From IMG/VR virus record IMGVR_UViG_2541047438_000019: a stretch of 5,563 nt of DNA; one strand, given 5' to 3'. Below are positions 1 to 4,455 of this stretch, one piece after another (position 1 is the first letter of the stretch; each line of letters begins with the position of its first letter). The notes below the pieces were generated by a model. It searched no databases. It was not told the origin of the DNA and saw nothing but the letters and a program-made list of their open reading frames with translations. Both the position numbers and the translations under genes were made by a program. The DNA comes from a virus (Duplodnaviria; Heunggongvirae; Uroviricota; Caudoviricetes).

Positions 1-208
1 ATGTAATCATTCTGGCAATGCTTAATGCCGCTGCTTTTTCCAGATTGGTGATATCCTGCTCCAGAGCGGACAGATTTTCAGCCTGCTTAGCCCTGGCTTC
101 ATTGGCCCATTTCAGATCCTGCGCCGCATTAATTTTCTGGTGCATCCACTCATAAAGTTCATCATCGGTATAGTCTGGCGCGATGATGACGGGTTCTCGT
201 TTCTGCAT
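1..208 (-). CDS. hypothetical phage protein, N-terminal 69 codons only (gene continues past the left edge of the window)
   Basis: Absent from the ORF track because no stop lies inside the window. Reverse-strand ATG at 208-206 is preceded by AGGAG (complement of 214-218, 5-nt spacer). The frame stays open down to position 2. Translation starts MQKREPVIIAPDYTDDELYEWMHQKINAAQDLKWANEAR. No family recognised. Confidence 0.45.
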   Translation of the reverse strand, partial: MQKREPVIIAPDYTDDELYEWMHQKINAAQDLKWANEARAKQAENLSALEQDITNLEKAAALSIARMIT

Positions 209-300
209 GTCGGCTCCTTGTGGTTAGCGTTGCCTGCTTTTAACCACGTCAGGCGAGGTGGTATCCTCTGAGGGGTCTGTTACTCGAGAGGAAATTGGTT

Positions 301-501
301 ATGAATACAATCAAGTTTTCTTGCCCAGAATGTGGTGGCGAAGTCTTTGACACATCCTTTAAGCCGCAGGGCTCTGACAGTTTCGCGGGAGCCATCTGCA
401 AAAATTGTGGTCACCTTGTAACTGAAGATGAGTCCTCGCAGTTCGATGACGAAATCGTTGACAATATCTTCGGTGCACTCACCAGAGACTTTCTGAAGTA
501 A
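301..501 (+). CDS. small zinc-ribbon protein, 66 aa (CPEC-x21-CKNC, acidic C-terminus), function unknown
   Basis: ATG at 301 with GAGAGGAAA at 286-294 upstream (the track ORF starts at an in-frame TTG at 295). Two CxxC pairs 21 residues apart are unlikely by chance. Codons are mostly common E. coli codons. A perfect hairpin follows downstream. The fully overlapping reverse ORF 280-636 is its codon-for-codon antisense and uses rare Arg codons for 8 of 9 Arg. Confidence 0.5.
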   Translation: MNTIKFSCPECGGEVFDTSFKPQGSDSFAGAICKNCGHLVTEDESSQFDDEIVDNIFGALTRDFLK

Positions 502-547
502 AGGCGCATACCGCTTAGTTACCGCTCTGATAACTCTTACCTGTCCT

Positions 548-582
548 GCAATGGCGCTGATGTCAATATAAAGCGCCATTGC
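548..582 (+). terminator. candidate intrinsic terminator: perfect 11-bp stem GCAATGGCGCT / AGCGCCATTGC with 13-nt loop, followed by TGCTTCTTTGCC
   Basis: Inverted repeat read directly (548-558 pairs with 572-582). The downstream tract is T-rich but interrupted, so terminator function is uncertain. On the minus strand no U-tract follows. Confidence 0.35.
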
Positions 583-819
583 TGCTTCTTTGCCGATCCC
601 GGGATGCCTTCCATTCTGATGTTTGACTTCGCCCACTGAGAAACCCTCTGTTTCCCCTTAACGCCGGGGTAGCGGAACAAAAAACTGCTGCATAGTTATT
701 AAAGTTGAACCCTGCCGTCATGTTCATACGCCTCGGGCTGGCTACTTAACCCCTGACCACTGCCGGGTAACTCGAAGTATTTCCCTGCGTTCTGTGGGGC
801 GGGGTGGGTTGGTATTTTT

Positions 820-862
820 AGTTTAATAAACATTAAACTTAAGTCAAGTAAAAACTAAACCG
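820..862 (-). promoter_or_regulatory. distal operator-like module with a sigma70-like promoter on the minus strand (TTGACT-N16-TAAACT), near-duplicate of the module at 1835-1884
   Basis: GTTTAATAAAC (821-831, palindromic) + ATTAAACT + AAAAACTAAACCG (850-862) matches GTTTATTAAAC + ACTAAACT + AAAAAAACACTAAACCG at 1846-1884. Minus-strand TTGACT (complement of 842-847) and TAAACT (complement of 820-825) are separated by 16 bp. Confidence 0.4.
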
Positions 863-867
863 CGGGA

Positions 868-912
868 CATAACAAACACAACGCTTTTGATAAAGTCGTT
901 GCGGTTGTTATG
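868..912. terminator. imperfect 16-bp hairpin (14 of 16 paired, 13-nt loop) 20 bp downstream of the parE-like stop; possible bidirectional terminator
   Basis: CATAACAAACACAACG (868-883) pairs with CGTTGCGGTTGTTATG (897-912). TTTCTATT follows on the plus strand; on the minus strand a T-rich tract follows after an 8-nt gap. Not folded computationally. Confidence 0.25.
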
Positions 913-931
913 TTTCTATTGGTAGTGAAAG

Positions 932-1210
932 TTAGGGAAACTGGCGTCTTGCGTGGATCACGTTTACTACTTCAACGCTTGATGTTGTTACGCGGTATAG
1001 AATTATATAGTTAGGGTGGGCTACAATCTCACGCAAGCCAGGTACTCTGTCGCTTGGTGGGTATAAATACGGATGTTCGGATAACGGCAGCACACAACCC
1101 CTTAATCGCTGCCATAAGCGTTCAGCCGCATCTATGTCGAAACGAGCAATATAACTAGTTATATCATCTAGGTCGGTATCTGCGCTTTCAAGCCATAACA
1201 CGGGTAACAT
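932..1210 (-). CDS. parE2: ParE/RelE-family type II toxin (ParE2-like), 92 aa
   Basis: Translation MLPVLWLESADTDLDDITSYIARFDIDAAERLWQRLRGCVLPLSEHPYLYPPSDRVPGLREIVAHPNYIILYRVTTSSVEVVNVIHARRQFP has the ParE pattern (DLDDI..YIA, EHPY, PGLRE..V..Y.I.YRV, V.V..V.HARR). ATG at 1210 lies 1 nt after the stop of the upstream small gene. The longer track ORF (to 1306) would overlap that gene; ParE proteins are about 90-100 aa. Confidence 0.85.
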   Translation of the reverse strand: MLPVLWLESADTDLDDITSYIARFDIDAAERLWQRLRGCVLPLSEHPYLYPPSDRVPGLREIVAHPNYIILYRVTTSSVEVVNVIHARRQFP

Positions 1211-1211
1211 T

Positions 1212-1403
1212 TTACTGCTTGCTCCGTTCCTTGCGCATCTTAGCAAAGCGTTCTGCCATTCTGCGCTCAACTTCGTCATGGGGAATTGCTGGGCGCGGAT
1301 CTGCAAGGCTCGTTGCTACTTTCGCACGCAGCCATTCGTTGTAACTGTTTTCTTGTTCAATGGTTTCAAATTCAGAAACCATTGGTGAAAGGGCTCTATT
1401 CAT
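1212..1403 (-). CDS. paaA2: small antitoxin partnered with ParE (PaaA2-like), 63 aa
   Basis: ATG at 1403 preceded by GGAGGA (complement of 1409-1414). Translation MNRALSPMVSEFETIEQENSYNEWLRAKVATSLADPRPAIPHDEVERRMAERFAKMRKERSKQ matches my recollection of the short PaaA2 antitoxin of E. coli O157:H7. It sits immediately upstream of the ParE gene in the same operon. The track N-terminal extension (to 1457) would overlap the regulator gene. Confidence 0.8.
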   Translation of the reverse strand: MNRALSPMVSEFETIEQENSYNEWLRAKVATSLADPRPAIPHDEVERRMAERFAKMRKERSKQ

Positions 1404-1423
1404 GTTTCCTCCGGTTTTATAAC

Positions 1424-1795
1424 TCAGGCGCGGCGGCATTTTTGCGCCGCAATCCATCTCGCTATGAGATCTTCCATTGATTCTTTTTTCTGCTTTAACT
1501 CGCTGATTATCTGGCGTTGCTCATCCTCAGGGAAGGCTGAAAAAATCTGCAATAATTCCAGTTGATTAGACGTTAACCCTGCATGTGGTGGAGAACCCCC
1601 CGGTTGTTCTGCGTATTCCGCATCCAGATACCCTTCCGGCATCCCGTATGTTTGCTCTATTCTTCTGGCAGCCTTTTCTCCAAACGAGGCTCTCCCACTC
1701 ATTAGTTGAGATAGGTAGCTCTTCTCTTTGGGTGGCAGAGTTTTATCTTTAAACCACTCCTTGAGACGTAAACGGCGAATTTCTTTTTTTTGCAT
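1424..1795 (-). CDS. paaR2: CI-like phage repressor / regulator of the toxin-antitoxin operon (PaaR2-like), 123 aa, N-terminal helix-turn-helix, no LexA-type peptidase domain
   Basis: Helix-turn-helix-like N-terminus (KSYLSQLMSGRASFGEKAARRIEQTYGMPEGYLD) resembles phage CI repressor DNA-binding domains. Sits at the cI position, divergent from a cro-like gene across an operator-bearing spacer. Start taken at ATG 1795 (MQKKEIRRL); the track start at GTG 1858 would add a hydrophobic 21-aa extension lying over the operator region. Confidence 0.8.
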   Translation of the reverse strand: MQKKEIRRLRLKEWFKDKTLPPKEKSYLSQLMSGRASFGEKAARRIEQTYGMPEGYLDAEYAEQPGGSPPHAGLTSNQLELLQIFSAFPEDEQRQIISELKQKKESMEDLIARWIAAQKCRRA

Positions 1796-1892
1796 GTGGT
1801 AATTATCTTTAGTAATCACTAAACAAGCAAATACTTGACTTAATGGTTTATTAAACACTAAACTCGCAAAAAAACACTAAACCGAGGAAGGT
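1796..1892. promoter_or_regulatory. divergent promoter/operator region (OR-like) between the repressor gene and the cro-like gene
   Basis: Three direct copies of CACTAAAC (1817-1824, 1856-1863, 1875-1882); palindromes TTTAGT-N4-ACTAAA (1808-1823) and GTTTATTAAAC (1846-1856). Candidate plus-strand promoter TTGACT (1835-1840)-N18-TAAACT (1859-1864) for ydaS. Candidate minus-strand promoter TTGCTT (complement of 1825-1830)-N16-GATAAT (complement of 1803-1808) for paaR2. Confidence 0.6.
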
Positions 1893-2195
1893 ATGACATT
1901 AAAAGAGTTTATTAAATCATTAAGGGTTGGTGATGCTAAGAAATTCGCGGCCAGACTTGGTGTATCGCCATCTTACTTATCGCAAATGGCGTCTGGACGA
2001 ACAGCTATATCTCCAACCCGCGCCCTTATGATCGAATCTGCGACGGAAGGCCAAGTAAGTAGGGCGGAGCTACGACCCCATGATTGGGAGCTTATTTGGC
2101 CTGAGTATGCGAGCGGCATTCGTTTGGGGCAAACACATGTAGTTCATGCTGAAGGTGATTGTAGTGCATGCTTATCTGATGGAGTTGATTCATGA
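1893..2195 (+). CDS. ydaS: Cro-like helix-turn-helix regulator, YdaS family, 100 aa
   Basis: ATG at 1893 preceded by GAGGAAGG. Translation contains FAARLGVSPSYLSQMASGRTAISPTRALMIESATEGQVSRAELRP, the YdaS/Cro-type helix-turn-helix pattern. First gene of the rightward operon, divergent from the repressor. Confidence 0.85.
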   Translation: MTLKEFIKSLRVGDAKKFAARLGVSPSYLSQMASGRTAISPTRALMIESATEGQVSRAELRPHDWELIWPEYASGIRLGQTHVVHAEGDCSACLSDGVDS

Positions 2196-2617
2196 AAATC
2201 AAGCATGAACACATCCGCATGGCGATGAATGTCTGGGCGCATCCGGACGGCGAAAAAGTACCGGCTGCGAAAATTACCAAAGCGTATTTCGAGCTGGGAA
2301 TGACGTTCCCGGAACTGTATGACGACAGCCATCCGGAAGCCATGGCTCGCAATACTCAGAAAATTTTCCGCTGGGTGGAGAAAGACACTCCTGATGCGGT
2401 TAAAAAAATTCAGGCGTTGTTACCAGCGATCGAAAAAGCGATGCCGCCTCCGCTGGTGGCCCGAATGCGCAGCCACAGTTCCGCTTATTTTCGGGAGTTG
2501 GTAGAGACGAAGGAACGGCTGGTGAAAGATATTGATGATTTCGTTGCATCAGCGATCGTTCTGTTCGATCAGATGAATCGTGGTGGCCCGGCAGGAAACA
2601 CTCTGGCTGTGCATTAA
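2192..2617 (+). CDS. ydaT: YdaT-family protein (CII-like regulator of lambdoid/Rac-type prophages), 141 aa
   Basis: Starts MKIKHEHI, typical of YdaT-family proteins. ATG 2192-2194 overlaps the ydaS stop (ATGA at 2192-2195); GGAG at 2181-2184. Conserved ydaS-ydaT gene order. Confidence 0.85.
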   Translation: MKIKHEHIRMAMNVWAHPDGEKVPAAKITKAYFELGMTFPELYDDSHPEAMARNTQKIFRWVEKDTPDAVKKIQALLPAIEKAMPPPLVARMRSHSSAYFRELVETKERLVKDIDDFVASAIVLFDQMNRGGPAGNTLAVH

Positions 2618-2630
2618 TTGGGTAATAAAT

Positions 2631-3140
2631 ATGAGTAATGACAAAAAATTGACACTGAGCGTTTACGAAAACAGTCCGCACATCTGGCGTGGCGGTTTAT
2701 CTGATGTGGAGCTGGCAGAGTGGTTGATACATAAAGCTAATGCGCTGCTCTGGCGTTTGTCAGCCAGAGAACAGCGCAAGGAAACCAGAATAAAGCTGGC
2801 TGATGCAGAAGCGTGTGCCGGGCTTATTGAGGATTATACAAATCTTGGTATTTCTTCAGCAGAGAGTGATCCCATTCAGCCTCTGAGCAGGGAGTCAATC
2901 CAGCACGCTGGTTGTATGGCACATCTTGTAACTGCTCGTCAACATGAGGTGGGTATTGGATCACTTCCGGCGGGATATTCGCTGATTCCAGAGCTGGTTG
3001 AAGCAAGAAAATCAGTTCAGAAAAAGAGAGATGACGCACTTCAATTATTGAGAGAGCACTATGGCGCGATACCAGAATGCGAACAGCGTCGATACCCTGA
3101 AGGTTATGAATGGATGCAGTCTCTTTTTGAAGTTCGCTAA
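2631..3140 (+). CDS. hypothetical protein, 169 aa, no recognisable family
   Basis: ATG at 2631 (MSNDKKLTLSVYEN...) 13 nt after the ydaT stop, weak SD. Same strand as the surrounding early operon and protein-like composition (about 6 percent Gly). The track start at GTG 2580 would overlap ydaT by 38 nt. The strand is not fully resolved: antisense ORF 2824-3279 has a perfect SD (see findings). Confidence 0.5.
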   Translation: MSNDKKLTLSVYENSPHIWRGGLSDVELAEWLIHKANALLWRLSAREQRKETRIKLADAEACAGLIEDYTNLGISSAESDPIQPLSRESIQHAGCMAHLVTARQHEVGIGSLPAGYSLIPELVEARKSVQKKRDDALQLLREHYGAIPECEQRRYPEGYEWMQSLFEVR

Positions 3141-3357
3141 TCAATATGTCGAGACGAAGGTATGTTTCGGCGCGCAGCCAGGCTCTGTAATCCGGGAGCA
3201 TTTCGGGGCTGTTACACCAGCGGTTTGTTGCTGCAACATTTAATACATGAGCCTGATAAAGGCTTTTCAAAAAATACATGTCGAACCTCCTCTGGTTCTG
3301 TCGATTGGGAACCACAGATTATATCCGGAGGAAGGTTCGGCACCAGATGAGGTAGCC

Positions 3358-4449
3358 ATGCGTGATTACGCAAAAGTTTCTCCGCGATTCTGGCTGGGAG
3401 AAACGGGGAGAGAACTTAGAAAGGCGGGTGCAGAAGCGCAAGTTGTTGCTTTTTACCTGATGACATCCCCTCACGCAAATATGCTGGGTTTGTATTACCT
3501 GCCAGTTTTATACCTTGCTCATGAAACCGGGCTTGGTCTGGAAGGGGCTTCAAAGGGGCTTAAAAGGGCTGTTGAAGCTGGTTTTTGTAGCTATGACCAT
3601 GATGCAGAGATGGTCTGGGTCCATGAAATGGCAGCCTGGCAGGTTGGGGAAACGTTGAAGCCTGGCGATAACCGTTGTGCAGGTGTCAGGAATGAGTATG
3701 CATCATTACCTGAAAACGCTTTTCTGTCAGTGTTTTACGACAGATATAAAACGGATTTCCATCTGGATGTGAGGCGGAATAATAGCCGAAATTCGGTAAG
3801 GGGCTTCGAAGGGGCTTTTAAGGGGCTTCGAAGCCAAGAACAGGAACAGGAGCAGGAGAAAGAACAGGAACAGGACAAAAACACTATGGTTCATGGCAAA
3901 AAAAACACCACGAACCAGGCAGGGGATGTTCAGACCGTCAATCCTGGTCAGCCAGCAGGCACGACACCGGAAGCCGATTCGGGCGCTGTGCAGCAGGTGA
4001 TGACCGCAGGGTCGGAGCAATCACACCAACTGCAGCAGCCTGAAGCCGATTCCGCCATTCAGCGGGAAGCCGATCGGGTAGTCCCGGAAAGCACCGGGCA
4101 GTCTGTGGGACGAGTGGATTATCCGGATGTGTTCGAACAGGTCTGGCGGGAATACCCGTTGCGTGCTGGGGCAAACCCGAAGAAATCCGCTTTCAGTGCC
4201 TGGAAGGCCAGATTGCGCGAGGGGGTGCCACCAGAGACCATGCTGGATGGTGTGAGGCGTTACGCGAGATACCTGGCGGCGACCGGGAAAGCGGGAACGG
4301 AATTTGTTCAGCGAGCGACGACGTTTTTTGGGCCGGACCGGAATTTTGAAAACCCCTGGTTGCTCCCGGTAAGCGGCACGAACAACCAGCGTTGTGTGAA
4401 TCATATTTCTGAACCGGATACCGAAATTCCGCCGGGATTCAGGGGGTGA
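3358..4449 (+). CDS. phage replication initiation / replisome-organiser protein (O-like role), 363 aa, with low-complexity linker
   Basis: Sits immediately upstream of and coupled to a DnaC-like loader gene. C-terminal segment FEQVWREYPLRAGANPKKSAFSAWKARLREG...FFGPDRNFENPW resembles the conserved motif of phage replisome-organiser proteins as I recall it. Iteron-like DNA repeats lie inside the gene. Start chosen at ATG 3358 (GAGGT 5 nt upstream); an in-frame ATG at 3247 lacks an SD and is the alternative. Confidence 0.7.
   Translation: MRDYAKVSPRFWLGETGRELRKAGAEAQVVAFYLMTSPHANMLGLYYLPVLYLAHETGLGLEGASKGLKRAVEAGFCSYDHDAEMVWVHEMAAWQVGETLKPGDNRCAGVRNEYASLPENAFLSVFYDRYKTDFHLDVRRNNSRNSVRGFEGAFKGLRSQEQEQEQEKEQEQDKNTMVHGKKNTTNQAGDVQTVNPGQPAGTTPEADSGAVQQVMTAGSEQSHQLQQPEADSAIQREADRVVPESTGQSVGRVDYPDVFEQVWREYPLRAGANPKKSAFSAWKARLREGVPPETMLDGVRRYARYLAATGKAGTEFVQRATTFFGPDRNFENPWLLPVSGTNNQRCVNHISEPDTEIPPGFRG
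3542..3570. repeat. iteron-like direct repeats, cluster 1: AAGGGGCTT / AAAGGGGCTT / AAAAGGGCT at 10-11-bp spacing
   Basis: Read directly: GAAGGGGCTTCAAAGGGGCTTAAAAGGGCT. The repeat period is not a multiple of 3, so codon repetition does not explain it. Confidence 0.5.
3798..3830. repeat. iteron-like direct repeats, cluster 2: three tandem 11-bp units AAGGGGCTT(C/T)(G/T); candidate replication-origin core inside the initiator gene
   Basis: AAGGGGCTTCG (3798-3808), AAGGGGCTTTT (3809-3819), AAGGGGCTTCG (3820-3830), one helical turn apart, followed by a hexanucleotide repeat and an A-rich stretch. Confidence 0.55.
3838..3876. repeat. tandem hexanucleotide repeat (GAACAG/GAGCAG) encoding an EQEQEQEKEQEQ linker
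   Basis: GAACAGGAACAGGAGCAGGAGAAAGAACAGGAACAGGAC read directly, in frame with the replication gene. Confidence 0.8.
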
Positions 4450-4455
4450 TGTGGC

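Noticed and set aside
280-636. 118-aa minus-strand ORF completely overlapping the zinc-ribbon ORF
   Set aside because: It is the exact antisense frame of the plus ORF, 8 of its 9 Arg codons are rare (AGA/AGG/CGG/CGA), and it spans the perfect hairpin at 548-582. Kept as a stated alternative in findings because it is co-directional with the pL-like promoter.
1211-1306. Upstream extension of the ParE ORF (track start 1306, 124 aa)
   Set aside because: It would overlap the antitoxin gene out of frame over 95 nt; ParE toxins are about 90-100 aa and ATG 1210 sits 1 nt after the antitoxin stop.
1404-1457. Upstream extension of the antitoxin ORF (track start 1457, 81 aa)
   Set aside because: It would overlap the 3' end of the regulator gene; the GGAGGA SD sits before ATG 1403, giving the 63-aa product.
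1286-1480. 64-aa plus-strand ORF
   Set aside because: Antisense to the antitoxin and repressor genes; Cys/Phe/Leu-rich, no SD.
1796-1858. GTG start at 1858 extending the repressor by 21 residues (MFNKPLSQVFACLVITKDNYH)
   Set aside because: The extension is hydrophobic, has no SD, and would place coding sequence across the operator repeats and -35 elements. ATG 1795 gives a typical CI-like N-terminus.
1893-2617. Reading ydaS-ydaT as a toxin-antitoxin pair (older annotation label for these families)
   Set aside because: Position (first two genes of the rightward operon, divergent from a CI-like repressor across an operator) and the helix-turn-helix in YdaS fit Cro/CII-like switch regulators; the actual toxin-antitoxin pair here is the ParE module on the other strand.
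2092-2681. ORFs 2092-2352(-), 2144-2332(-), 2319-2504(+) and 2400-2681(-) overlapping ydaS/ydaT
   Set aside because: They overlap genes with clear family signatures and coupled starts, and have no SD or recognisable motif.
2824-3315. 163-aa minus-strand ORF (151 aa from ATG 3279) antisense to the 3' half of the unknown plus ORF
   Set aside because: Antisense to the rightward early operon, very low glycine content (3 of 151) and no partner gene. Not fully excluded because of the perfect AGGAGG-N6-ATG; discussed in findings.
3061-3350. Plus-strand ORFs 3061-3243 and 3162-3350
   Set aside because: Out-of-frame overlaps with the 3' end of 2631-3140 and the gap before the initiator gene; no SD, Cys-rich or low-complexity products.
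4110-4125. DnaA-box-like sequence TGGATTATCC
   Set aside because: It does not match the TTATCCACA consensus in either orientation; no DnaA boxes claimed.
3727-4174. Minus-strand ORFs 3727-4020 and 3938-4174
   Set aside because: Short antisense ORFs inside the replication gene; the first is just the antisense reading of the EQ repeat (poly-Leu/Phe), and neither has an SD.
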